A DNA stretch of 58,104 bases, from NCBI RefSeq assembly GCF_006345805.1, contig NW_021833578.1, positions 1 through 58,104 on the forward strand. The letters run 5' to 3'. The notes under the pieces were generated by a model. It was not told where the DNA came from, did no database searches, and saw only the letters and a program-made list of their open reading frames with translations. Within the stretch, counting starts at the first letter, position 1; every line of letters starts with the position of its first letter. The stretch is from Octopus sinensis. Lineage: Eukaryota. Below, piece after piece: positions 26,840 to 39,373 of the stretch. A program made the translations under genes and the position numbers.

Positions 26840-27357
26840 CATATAGTGGATATTTATAATGTGTAAACAGATTAAGAACTTCATTCCTTTTAGAAAGGCA
26901 CCGTCTGTCCCATGGCACGTTTTGTCTGCGCCGCTCTGTTTTTCCTGACACGAGGTTTTCTGTATTGACCAGCTGTCCTCTACATCATCTCTTTCCCTAA
27001 CATTACCACCAGGAAGAAGAACAACAACAAGAATATAAATTTCACCCCCTCGCCGTCACTAAATGCTGCTCCAACCGCCCAACCAACCAACCAGCCAACC
27101 CACAATTCTCTCAACTAACCAGGAGCTGCTGACATTCGTACACAGTGTTACCACCATTATCACCTCTGCCATCAAGACTATTACTTCTACCAACACTAAC
27201 GCCAGTACCACCACAAACCCCGATACCACCACCGCTACCTCCACCAGTAGCACTACCACCACCGCCACAACCACTCTACCAGCCCAACACATACCGCCAG
27301 CTCCATAATTACCATTACTTTTACCGTCACTACCACCGTCATTATAACCCAACCCAT

Positions 27358-27776
27358 ACTCTCTCTTTTTCTCTTTTACTTGTTTCAGTCATTTGACTGC
27401 GGCCATGCTGGAGCACCGCCTTTAGTCGAGCAAATCGACCCCGGGACTTATTCTTTGTAGGCCTAGTACTTATTCTATCGGTCTCTTTTGCCAAACCGCT
27501 AAGTTACGGGGACGTAAACACACCAGCATCGGTTGTCAAGTGATATTGGGGGGGGGGGGGCAAACACAGACACACTCACATACACACACATATACATATA
27601 TATATATATACATATATACGGCGGGCTTCTTTCAGTTTCCGTCTACCAAATCCACTCACAAGGCTTTGGTCGACCCGAGGCTATAGTAGAAGACACTTGC
27701 CCAAGGTGGCACGCTGTGGGACTGAACCCGGAACCATGTGGTTGGTAAACAAGCTACTTACCACACAGCCACTCCT
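27358..27776 (-). mobile_element. SINE-B, full length
   Basis: Reverse-complement match. Confidence 0.92.
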
Positions 27777-28029
27777 CACAACAGCAGTATTACTACCACA
27801 ATAGCTACTACCAGGGCGACTAAGACCATCACCACTACCATTTCAACCCCTGCACCGAAACTATTATTATTACAACAACAAATACCACAATGTTTAATGT
27901 TGAAATCACACCTATTAGCCTGCCAGTATGAAAGTGACCACCACGACAGAACGAGCGAGTCTGCATGTGGTCACAGGACATGCAAGAAATAGCAGCTAAA
28001 TTCTTCTGGAGACGATATCTCCCAATTTT

Positions 28030-28250
28030 TACTTATTCTTTTATTGTTTTATTTGTTTCAGTCATTTGATTGCGGCCATGCTGGAGCCACCGACTTAAAG
28101 GGTTTTTTTAGCTGAAGAAATCGACCGCAGGACTTATTCTTTGTAAGCCTAGTACTTATTCTATCGGTCGCTTTTGCCGAACCGCTAGGTTACGGTGACA
28201 TCAGCACACCAGCACATATTCATACACACATAAACACACACACAGAGAGG

Positions 28251-28298
<48 letters not shown>

Positions 28299-28685
28299 GA
28301 TATATATGATGGGCTTCTTTCTGTTTCTGTCTACCAAATCTACTCACAAGGCTTTGGTGGTCCTGAGGCTATAGTAGTAAGGCGGTGAGCTGGGAGAAAC
28401 GTTAGCACGCCGGGCGAAATGCTTGGCGGTATTTCGTCTGCCGTTAGGTTCTGGGTTCAAATTCCGCCGAGGTCGAGTTTGCCTTTCATCCTTTCGGGGT
28501 CGATAAATAAAGTACCAGTTACGCACTGGGGTCGATGTAATCGACTTAATACCTATGTCTGTCCTTGTTTGTCCCCTCTGTGTTTAGCCCCTTGTGGGTA
28601 GTAAAGAAATATATAATTGAAAACATGCAATAGGATTGAACACGGAACCATGTGGTTGGGAAACAAGCTTCTTACAACACAGCCA
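28030..28685 (-). mobile_element. SINE-B (-) interrupted by SINE-A (+) at 28381-28609
   Basis: SINE-B head resumes at about 28630. Confidence 0.82.
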
Positions 28686-29642
28686 CGACGATGTTTATCT
28701 ATTTTGAGAAATGTGAATAATGTTGGACGATGTAGTACGAAATACACAGTTTGACTATAAGATGCGATGGTCAGAGTTGGAATGTCTTTGATCATAGGCC
28801 CGAGGCATCGTTGTCTATCTGGGGTTAAATAATGAAACAACAACAACAACAACAACAGCAACCACAAAAAAACAACACAACCAATAACAACAACAATGTT
28901 ACATCACGTGACCATTACGAATGTGATGTTAGATGTTCTGGGTGCAAACACTCCCAGGCAAGATAAAAACTAAATCCGGTTCGTGTCGTATCTTCTGTTT
29001 GCGAGCCAACATGCTTCCTTGCATTTTAATTCTATTCTCACCCTTTCTTCTGGCGCCGTCCTAAGGTCCACTCCCAGCTCATCTTACATCCCTCTCCTTC
29101 AAACTTCCCCGAATCGCTTTACCTCTCGCATAGTGTTGTCTATTATTACTCTCTTCTATTTCCGCCATTTTAACAAATTTACTGTCAACAGACGTGATAG
29201 TTATTTCTCTCTTAGTAAAAACTGGCAGGGCAGCTTGTCTTTTGTTTTTTGCTTGGTTCTGACGAAAGGGAATATGTCCAGGATCTTCAATGTGTCTAGC
29301 CCTTCCGTATCTGGTGCGATCGACGGAGCTGATATTGTTCTTCTGCCGATGCTGATATTGTTCTTCTGTCGCTAAGTCCCTGTAACTTAGCGACCGATAG
29401 AATAAGTACTAGGCTTGCAAAGAATAAGTCCTGGGAGCGATTTGCTCGACTGAAAGCGGTGCTCCAGCATGGCCACAGTCAAATGACTGAAGCAAGTAAA
29501 ACGGTAATAGTATAGTAAATAGTATTAAAGTTGGACAAAACCAGGGGAACACAAAACTGTAGTGGTATAGAAAATTACGATACCAAATCTTTTAACGTGT
29601 TGTGCTGTGTGTGTGTGTGAGTGTGTGTGTGTGTGTGTGTGA

Positions 29643-29688
<46 letters not shown>

Positions 29689-29774
29689 TAATGGTGTTTT
29701 AGTTTTATGTCCTAGAACTTAGTGATGCAACAAACGGCATTCAATAAAATTAATGTACGATCGAAATAAATTCT

Positions 29775-30229
29775 GCAGGAGTGGCTGTGTGGTAAGTAGC
29801 TTGCTAACCAACCACATGGTTCCGGGTTCAGTCCCACTGCGTGGCATCTTGGGCAAGTGTCTACTGCTATAGCCTCGGGCCGACCAAAGCCTTGTGAGTG
29901 GATTTGGTAGACGGAAACTGAAAGAAGCCTATCGTATATAATTTATTTTCCTCAACAGGCCCTGCCATATTTAACATTGTCCCGAGAGAGATCAAAGAGG
30001 AAAAGGATCCCATCAACTTTAAACGGAGTCTGGATAGATTCCTTCAAAGAATACCAGATAAGCCACCCATAATTGGATACAACTCATCCAACAAGAACTC
30101 ACTACTTGAATGGACCATTAACAAAACTTGACTTAAACAGGATTCGAGTAATCCTATCAGGTGGTGCTATTAAGTTAGACATGGCCTGGACCAATCTTTG
30201 GTCGAAACATATCTAAGTTTATCTAAGTT

Positions 30230-30260
<31 letters not shown>

Positions 30261-30510
30261 ATATATATATGTGTATGTATGTGTGTGTATATGTTTGTGT
30301 GTCAGTGTTTGTCCTTCCAACATCGCTTGACAACCGATGCTGGTGTGCTTACGTCCCCGTAACTTAGCGGTTCGGCAAAAGAGACTGATAGAATAAGTAC
30401 TGGGCTTACAAAGAATAAGTCTCGGGGTCGATTTGCTCGACTAAAGGCGGTGCTCCAGCATGGCCGCAGTAAAAATGACTGAAACAAGTAAAAGAGTAAA
30501 AGAGTAAGAG
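29775..30510 (+). mobile_element. SINE-B split by a LINE fragment in its central microsatellite
   Basis: 5' half 29775-29940; 3' half 30270-30510. Confidence 0.88.
29945..30230 (+). mobile_element. CR1-group LINE 3' end
   Basis: FSSTGPAIFNIVPREIKEEKDPINFKRSLDRFLQRIPDKP..GY...NKNSLLEW; short tandem tail (ATCTAAGTTT)x2. Confidence 0.7.
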
Positions 30511-30980
30511 TATTATGATCAACGACGCTATAGCATCGCGACAGCCAGTGACTGCAACCAAATGAATGAGAATATGTTTCCTTATAACTATATGTCTATA
30601 TTTATCTGAATTTTTGCACCGAATTTCCGTTTTTGCTGATCGGTGCATCGTGTGCAGTCATGCTCCTGCACTGAAGTCGTTTGCTCCGAAGTCATGACAT
30701 CCTGGGCTTGATGTCACTAGAGGGCATTTGGGAAATTGCCTTGCACTTCAGTGTTAGGTCGACCCAAGGCATTTATGTTAACTGAAGTCAAAAAGCTGTA
30801 GAATTATAATTAAAAGGATCCTGACATATCATACACGGTCGCATGCGTCTGCCTGCGTACTATGTTAAAGTCACATGTCTATGAAATGTTCGGTGAATTA
30901 CTCATACTGGAATGAGACAGAAAAAGTTCGTATAATATGTTTGAGCTGTTAACTCTTGATATGGTCGTAGGAGTATTGTC

Positions 30981-31414
30981 GGATCTTTTTGGTTTGACCG
31001 GCAGTTTTTAACATAATTTCTAGGTAACTAAAAAATTTTAAACCCTCGTATACGGCTAGAATGTGTTTATAAAACATCTTTTTCTCTTGGCTTTATTGAG
31101 AAAATTCTATAATTTGTAAGATATTTGTTGTTTTTTCTTCAATTTCTGCAATTTCAACCAATCAAATACGTCTATTGAGGTAAAAAAAAACATTCTGTGC
31201 CGTATGAATATGTCCCACGTTGAAGAAACAGATTGGATTTATTTACATTTGTGAAGAAAAAAAGATACCCTTCCCCCACCCCTAATCCTAATCCTAACTA
31301 ACCCTAACCCTAAAACAGATTGAAATTCAATAGATCGATACTAGGGTCATAATTATGGGTGACAATTTCATATGACACTGCTAGAAAAAACTGCCGTTCA
31401 AACCGAAAAGATCC
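30981..31414. mobile_element. MITE, GGATC family
   Basis: TIRs; homologous to 13428-13848; flanks GTATTGTC / GTATTGTT. Confidence 0.88.
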
Positions 31415-31639
31415 GTATTGTTGTGAAATACAGCAGGTCTTGATCATTTGGAGATAGGGAAACCGATCCTACTTCAGTGCTGTCCTATTCGGTTGTGGTT
31501 TCACCCAATTTTTTACTGGACGGTAAAGATGTAGGAAAGAACAATCAACAAAATAACCGACCCAAGTACGAGGCTGGCACCCTGCTTATCTCCTACGAAG
31601 AGGTGAAAAAACTAAGCCGAATCCGAATTCAGCGTAGCT

Positions 31640-32374
31640 GGATTTCGCCTGCCGTTACGTTCTAAGTTCAAATTCCGTCGAGGTCGACTTTGCCTTTCAT
31701 CCTTTCGGGGTCGCTAAATTAAGAACCAGTTGCGCACTGGGGTCGATGTAATCGACTTAATCCGTTTGTCTGTCTTTGTTTGTCCTCTCTGTGTTTAGCC
31801 CCTTGTGGCTAGTAAAGAAATAGGTATTTCGTCTGCCGTTACGTTCTGAGTTCAAATTCTTCCGAGGTCGACATTGCCTTTCGTCATTTCGGGGTCGATA
31901 AATTAAGAACCAGTTGCGCACTGGGGTCGATATAATCGACTTAATCTGTCTGTCTGTCCTTGTTTGTCCTCTCTGTGTTTAGCCCCTTGTGGGTAGTAAA
32001 GAAATAGCTATTTCGTCTGCCGTTACGTTCTGAGCTCAAATTCTGCCGAGGTCGACTTTGCCTTTCGTCATTTCGGGGACGATAAATTAAGAACCAGTTA
32101 CGCACTGGGGTCAATATAATCGACTTAATCCGTTTGTCTGTCCTTGTTTTTCCCCTCTGTGTTTAACCCCTTGTGGCTAGTAAAGAAATAGGTATTTCGT
32201 CTGCCGTTACGTTCTGAGCTCAAATTCTGCCGAGGTCGACTTTGCCTTTCGTCATTTCGGGGTCGATAAATTAAGAACCAGTTGCGCACTGGGGTCGATA
32301 TAATCGACTTACTCCGTTTGTTTGTCCTTGGTTGTCCTCTCTGTGTTTAGCCCCTTGTGGGTAGTAAAGAAATA
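31640..32374 (+). mobile_element. SINE-A headless tetramer, 184-bp period
   Basis: Junctions at 31823, 32007, 32191. Confidence 0.92.
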
Positions 32375-32731
32375 GGTATTATTCAATGCAAAGATAGTTC
32401 CTATGGTCAAATAGGTGGAATAATCTTCGTCGAAACCGACGAAGGATTTCTTTACTTGTATTATAATTATAAGAAGGAATGCTGACAATATCATCTCTTG
32501 AAGGGTAGATATTGTAAATTGCAGCATCGAGGCTTGTTACCTGTATATAATAGATGTATGCATGGATCGCTTTTTACGAGTGTGCTTGCACACGTGTGCC
32601 AGGATATATATATGTGTGTGTATGTGTGTTCCTGTATTTTTTCTTTGCTATTTTTAATCAACTATATCATCGAAAATACTATCGTTTCGATATGCTGATC
32701 AATAAATCGATAAATGCGCAGATTTACGCAT

Positions 32732-33014
32732 GTATGTGTGTATGTACATAATACGTACGAATGTCTATATGTATGTATATGTATATAGGTATGTGTGTAT
32801 GTACATAATACGTACGAATGTCTGTATGTATGTATATGTATATAGGTATGTGTGTATGTACATAATACGTACGTATCTCTATATGTATGTATATGTATAT
32901 AGGTATGTGCGCATTTATTCGTGTGTATGCATATAATATGTATATTAGTATGTGCGTACGTATAAGTATATATGTATATATGTATATGTAAATGTACATG
33001 TACGAGTATATATA

Positions 33015-33050
<36 letters not shown>

Positions 33051-33645
33051 TGTATGTATGTATGTATGTATATATATGTGTGTGTATGTATGTATGTATA
33101 TATATGTGTGTGTATGTATGTATGTATATATATGTGTGTGTATGTATGTATGTATATATATGTGTGTGTATGTATGTATGTATATATATGTGTGTGTATG
33201 TATGTATGTATATATATGTGTATGTATGTATGTATATATATGTGTGTGTATGTATGTATGTATATATATGTGTGTGTATGTATGTATGTATATATATGTG
33301 TGTGTATGTATGTATGTATATATATGTGTGTGTATGTATGTATGTATATATATGTGTGTGTATGTATGTATGTATATATATGTGTATGTATGTATGTATA
33401 TATATGTATGTGTATGTATGTATGTATATATATGTGTGTGTATGTATGTATGTATATATATGTGTGTGTATGTATGTATGTATATATATGTGTGTGTATG
33501 TATGTATATATATGTGTGTGTATGTATGTATGTATATATATGTGTGTGTATGTATGTATGTATATATATGTGTGTGTATGTATGTATGTATATATATGTG
33601 TGTGTATGTATGTATGTATATATATGTGTGTGTATGTATGTATGT
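32732..33645. repeat. 3 x 57-bp minisatellite, then about 20 copies of a 28-bp GTAT/AT/GT unit
   Basis: Units start at 32732, 32789, 32846; 28-mer GTATGTATGTATGTATATATATGTGTGT. Confidence 0.9.
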
Positions 33646-34394
33646 GTGGTATACAAATATGGAGTCTCATTCAGATTGGCTGAAAAATTAATGAAATATA
33701 CCGATGAAAAAATATCCCAGAAATCGTTTCTTCTTTTCATGGTGTCAATTCCAGAAATATTCTTCCACGACGACCATATTCTATCAGAAGATTGTGAAGA
33801 GAGGGGGGGGGAGAAAAAATAGGAAAAAAGGAATCAATGATGCAATGAAAGAAAACACCAATTCCACATTCCCCTGCGCCGACCATCATAAAAAAAAAAC
33901 AACAAACAATCAAACAAAATGCAAACAAACAAAAACAAAACAAACAACAACAACAACCCCAATATTGAATGAATGAAAGAATGATGTAGAGAATGAAAGA
34001 ATTAATGAATAAATGAATGAAAGGATAAAGGAATAGCATATAATGATTGAGCACTACGAGGCACGATACACATATTACGTAAATTAAAGTAAACGGATCT
34101 CCGTCGGTTTCGACGGTGAATATCATGTTGTTTGATCAATTGATCTACCTGTTAATGCAATTAAGGTGCGTGAGATTGAATATTCTTCTCCACGCTTGAC
34201 CGTACTTTTAACGAAATTCTTGGTCAAAGAAGCGTGACATGGAGTAACAAACAAGCTGGACATTTTCAGTTATGAATTACTGGTATAATCTTACGGTGGG
34301 GGGGGGGGTCTTCCGCACAATTTCCGTCTCCTCGGTTTCAATTACAAGGTTTGGATTCATGCTACAGTGTCCTTTAGCATATATTTTTTTTCTA

Positions 34395-34590
34395 CCTGCT
34401 TCAGTCATTACACTGCGGCCATGCTGGAGCCTTACCTTGAAGAAGTTTTAGTTGAAGAAATCGACCCCCAGAACTTCTTCTTCTTTTCAAGTCTGGTACT
34501 TATGCTATCAGTTCCTTTAGCGAAACGCAGAGATACGAGGACGTAAAACACTAAGACCAGTTGTCGAGTGGTGGTGGGAAACAAACACAC
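34395..34590 (-). mobile_element. SINE-B 3' half (its 5' half resumes at about 39684-39745 after the PLE)
   Basis: Reverse-complement match on both sides of the PLE. Confidence 0.7.
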
Positions 34591-34594
34591 ACGC

Positions 34595-34661
<67 letters not shown>

Positions 34662-34869
34662 GTGAAATAGAAAGATGAATAATCTTGTAGTAGATTAATC
34701 AAAAGTTTAACCGATACCTTAGTAGCAAAAATCACAGCAGTAAACAGCACGGTTGGAGGTACAACCATCTGGCGTTGCAACCGTGCGTTGGTGCGGATAA
34801 TTGAAATTAAAACATTATTGGTGAATTGAAGAAATGGAGCTGAACGCAGATTGAACAGAAATCGTTTTA

Positions 34870-34958
34870 TTTCATTCTACACGTGTTTCGAAAGGCACAA
34901 ATTACCAAAATCCGATTGAATAATGGGACCATATTGTGTCTTTCTCTTCAGGAAGAAA
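34870..34958 (-). ncRNA. Type I hammerhead ribozyme (left arm)
   Basis: Exact reverse complement of the 39285-39373 motif. Confidence 0.8.
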
Positions 34959-35540
34959 AAAGGAAATCCGTTGGAAAAACAAAAACAGAACAGAGGCGGA
35001 GCAAAAACAAAAACAAATCGAACTATGCTCCTAAGAGCCCATGGCGAAACTGTTTATCAGTGTATGTTGAGAACCGTGGCTGAAGAACTCAACGGGTCAG
35101 GCATCGGTCAATCATGTGGGTGAGGGTGTATAGATGTTCTTTGTGACCGAGAATAAAGTTCTGACTATTTAAGGAATATGGATGTTTTATAAGGGGCGAG
35201 AAAAAATCTACTTAGAGACGTGTGTGTGTGTATACTGTTCTATATATGTGTGTGTTGCGTAGGGGTAGAAAACATTTTTGTGTACGTGTGTGCGTTTGAT
35301 CGTTCGGCTGTCAGTGGCTACTGCCGTGATAACCGTTGGGTGGCAGAAAGAAAAAAATATTATATATTATGTGTTTATGTGTATGTGTGTTCATCTAAGC
35401 CTGCCTTGTCAAGGAAACCCCCCGCTGTGAAAAAACCAAGCCCCGTTTGTCTTACAGGAGTAATTCCCCTTGCAGTGGTTAATCGTAGATATCTTAAAGG
35501 CTATTTCAGAATTTGTTACCAAGGGCTATGGGTGCCGGTA

Positions 35541-37508
35541 TTATTTATAAACGCTATTTAAAAGCCAGATAAGTGTAACGCCGCCAATGGGGGCATCGAA
35601 AAGCCGACTGTAAGAGCCCGTTTACCATCCGGCCTCTGGCAAACAAAATATGGAAGAGTTCGGAGACACAAAGGTTGCACTGTCTTCTGCCCCTATCAAA
35701 TGGGAGGGCCACCGACAAATTGACCATTCCAGCCTATAGCTTAAGTTCGTATCCTTCAGTCGCCATATTAGCTTACTGAGTCCCGTGGTCTGGCGCTTGT
35801 TCACGTCCCGAAAAGTTGCGTAATGGTTGGAGACACGCAAAGACAATCTTGAGGATGATGCCCCTACATAAGTGAAGACATCTGAGTCCGTGTAAACCTT
35901 GCATTGGTAGACGGCGTTTTTGATCTTGGAGTTCGCCGACGTGAATCTTAATCTGCTAGGATTGGTTTTCTGAAATTACTGCGTTCCTGTCACTATATTC
36001 GTTCCGAGACCTGCAGCCGCTTACTCCTCTATTTTCCACTACGTCACTATTAACTATAGGAATAACCCCTGATTCTCCACTATCTATCAGAGTGCTGTCA
36101 TTGCTACTGCCCGTGGTGCTGCTATTGCGGGAAATGATGCTGGGGATGCTATTGGGGCTCTCTGCCCTACTCCCATTGTTACCGTCAACCACAACACCCT
36201 ATTTATAACTATACCCCTAGTGGGTACTCCCTGGCTGGAGCTGAGATTATGTGTCACTGTACTGGCTCTCATATCATTATTACTACTATAATTATTCCTA
36301 CTGAGCATTAAACCGGGAGCGGAAGAGGCTGTGCCTCCGGAAAAAGGTGATAGGGTCTTAGTAATAGCCTATTATTATGGGAGGCGATTATCTGGGCGAG
36401 GTTTTTAGTGTTGGAGAAAGCTATCCTAACTTTATGTGAGTTACCGTGGAGTAATATTTGGAATTTCTGGGGAAGTTATTGGCGATGGCTTGTCTAAACA
36501 TGAGGGGGAGGTTAGTTCTAATCTGCTTACCAAAGGGGATTACAAACCATATATGCTTATTCCTATCAGTGTGATGGTCGGGACGCCAGCTCTCGCATTC
36601 GGGTGGGTGATTCTCGGATGAATAACGGGTCTTGGGTTAGTGTAAGACCTCCCGGACCGATAATTATCCTTGTTCGCTAAATTAAATGCGGGAGCGACTA
36701 CCCCGGCATCCGCCGCGCTCCCGTCCTTACTTAAATGTTAATGTTATTATATACGGCTCTATCCTGATGACCGAATGATGGCATCGGAAGGGCCGGATCA
36801 ATATAAATTACCTTCTGCCTATAACCGGCCTTGGATAGTGCGGCGTTATAAAATTCCGCTTTCTGCATAAAAAATCGGCACTGGCGGACAAGCCAGACAA
36901 TCTTAGAGAGATGTTTTTAACCAAATTGTCTGTTACGGTTTTGGCATGATTTGAGAAGACACTGACATACTTCAAATTAGTGGAAGGCTTATGGTAAGGG
37001 CAGTATGAGTCGCTATTAAGGTTAAGTGTAACGTCTAGGAAATTAGCCTTGGTGAGTTCATTATCAAAAATACTATACTCATGCCCATTCTATTAAAAAA
37101 CTAGCTAACCTGCTCTTAGTTTTCTGCACTATTCTGTTCGTGGTGTTTTGCAGGTAAAACAGACATCGTCACGATACAGGCCGCCCGCGATCTCCGGGAA
37201 TTGGTCGGACAATTCGTAGAGAATATATATTCCGACCAAATCGGCTATCTGCGCACTATCCGAACTACCCATAGGCACATCAAATTCATTGGGAGTATCT
37301 TTACGGATCCACAACTTATTATCAAACTTAATAAACGATTTCCTGGCAACTAAAATGATATCTATCTCTTCTCTGGTGAGGCCAGCCTTGTTGTGAGCAT
37401 GCCAGAGGGCCTTATTTAGCACACTAGGGTTCATCGAGGGGTAGAAGCTGGCGATATCAAACTGAATGAACCTAGTACGGTTCTTATTGGGGATGGAAGA
37501 GAACCATT
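35541..37508 (-). pseudogene. PLE RT-thumb-GIY-YIG polyprotein, C-terminal ~650 codons, frameshifted
   Basis: WFSSIPNK, FIQFDIASFYPS, FDVPMGSSDSAQIADLVG, GLYRDD, ANFLDVTLNL..YCPYHKP, SNHA, YNAALSKAGY, AVYQC...YVG, RVSNHYATF, LSKLIWRLK, CNLC. Confidence 0.88.
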
Positions 37509-38703
37509 TTAAGTAAGGACGGGAGCGCGGCGGATGCCGGGGTAGTCGCTCCCGCATTTAATTTAGCGAACAAGGATAATTATCGGTCCGGGAGGTCTTA
37601 CACTAACCCAAGACCCGTTATTCATCCGAGAATCACCCACCCGAATGCGAGAGCTGGCGTCCCGACCCATCACACTGATAGGAATAAGCATATATGGTTT
37701 GTAATCCCCTTTGGTAAGCAGATTAGAACTAACCTCCCCCTCATGTTTAGACAAGCCATCGCCAATAACTTCCCCAGAAATTCCAAATATTACTCCACGG
37801 TTTACTCACATAAAGTTAGGATAGCTTTCTCCAACACTAAAAACCTCGCCCAGATAATCGCCTCCCATAATAATAGGCTACTTACTAAGACCCTATCACC
37901 TTTTTCCGGAGGCACAGCCTCTTCCGCTCCCGGTTTAATGCTCAGTAGGAATAATTATAGTAGTAATAATGACATGAGAGCCAGTAGAGTGTCACATAAT
38001 CTCAGCTCCAGCCAGGGAGTACCCACTAGGTGTATAGTTATAAATAGGGGTGTTGTGGTTGACGGTAACAATGGGAGTAGGGCAGAGAGCCCCAATAGCA
38101 TCCCCAGCATCATTTCCCGCAATAGCAGCACCACGGGCAGTAGCAATGACAGCACTCTGATAGATAGTGGAGAATCAGGGGTTATTCCTATAGTTAATAG
38201 TGACGTAGTGGAAAATAGAGGAGTAAGCGGCTGCAGGTCTCGGAACGAATATAGTGACAGGAACGCAGTTCTAATTTCAGAAACCAATCCTAGCAGATTA
38301 AGATTCACGTCGGCGAACTCCAAGATCAAAAACGCCGTCTACCAATGCAAGGTTTACACGGACTCAGATGTCTTCACTTATGTAGGGGCATCATCCTCAA
38401 GATTGTCTTTGCGTGTCCAACCATTACGCAACTTTTCGGGACGTGAACAAGCGCCAGACCACGGGACTCAGTAAGCTAATATGGCGACTGAAGGATACGA
38501 ACTTAAGCTATAGGCTGGAATGGTCAATTTTGTCGGTGGCCCTCCCATTTGATAGGGGCAGAAGACAGTGCAACCTTTGTGTCTCCGAACTCTTCCATAT
38601 TTGTTTGCCAGAGGCCGGATGGTAAACGGGCTCTTACAGTCGGCTTTTCGATGCCCCCATTGGCGGCGTTACTTATCTGGCTTTTAAATAGCGTTATAAA
38701 TAA
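37509..38703 (+). pseudogene. Inverted copy of the PLE linker + GIY-YIG endonuclease
   Basis: Frame open from about 37509 (SKDGS...RNKHIWFVIPFGKQIRTNLPLMFRQAIANNFP...KNAVYQCKVY...YVG), then 1-nt indels. Confidence 0.88.
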
Positions 38704-39284
38704 TACCGGCACCCATAGCCCTTGGTAACAAATTCTGAAATAGCCTTTAAGATATCTACGATTAACCACTGCAAGGGGAATTACTCCTGTAAGACAAACG
38801 GGACTTGGTTTTTTCACAGCGGGGGTTTCCTTGACAAGGCAGGCTTAGATGAACACATAACATAAAACATAATATATATATATTTTTTTTCTTTCTGCCA
38901 CCCAACGGTTATCACGGCAGTAGCCACTGACAGCCGAACGATCAAACGCACACACGTACACAAAAAATGTTTTCTACCCCTACGCCAACACACACATATA
39001 TAGAACAGTATACACACACACACGTCTCTAAGTAGATTTTTTCTCGGCCCCTTATAAAACATCCAATATTCCTTAATAGTCAGAACTTTATTCTCGGTCA
39101 CAAAGAACATCTATACACCCTCACCCACATGATTGACCGATGCCTGACCGTTGAATTCTTCAGCCACCGGTTCTCAACATACACTGATAAACAGTTTCGC
39201 CATGGCTCTTAGGAGCATAGTTCGATTTGTTTTTGTTTTTGCTCCGCCTCTGTTCTGTTTTTGTTTTTCCAACGGATTTCCTTT

Positions 39285-39373
39285 TTTCTTCCTGAAGAGA
39301 AAGACACAATATGGTCCCATTATTCAATCGGATTTTGGTAATTTGTGCCTTTCGAAACACGTGTAGAATGAAA
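39285..39373 (+). ncRNA. Type I hammerhead ribozyme (right arm)
   Basis: Stem I TTTCTTC / GAA(T)GAAA; CTGAAGA 39292-39298; stem II GAAAGACACAA / TTGTGCCTTTC (10 of 11 pairs); GAAAC-ACGT-GTA; predicted cut after 39365. Confidence 0.82.

Noticed and set aside
28983-29375. Non-repetitive segment that might be a decayed LINE ORF1
   Set aside because: Stops in plausible frames and no convincing motif
31640-32374. Regular arrays resembling CRISPR
   Set aside because: Units repeat in full with no unique spacers; eukaryotic SINE multimers; no cas genes
37509-38760. Selenocysteine-recoding Naiad
   Set aside because: No in-frame TGA at Cys positions; stops are explained by 1-nt indels; no SECIS recognised by eye
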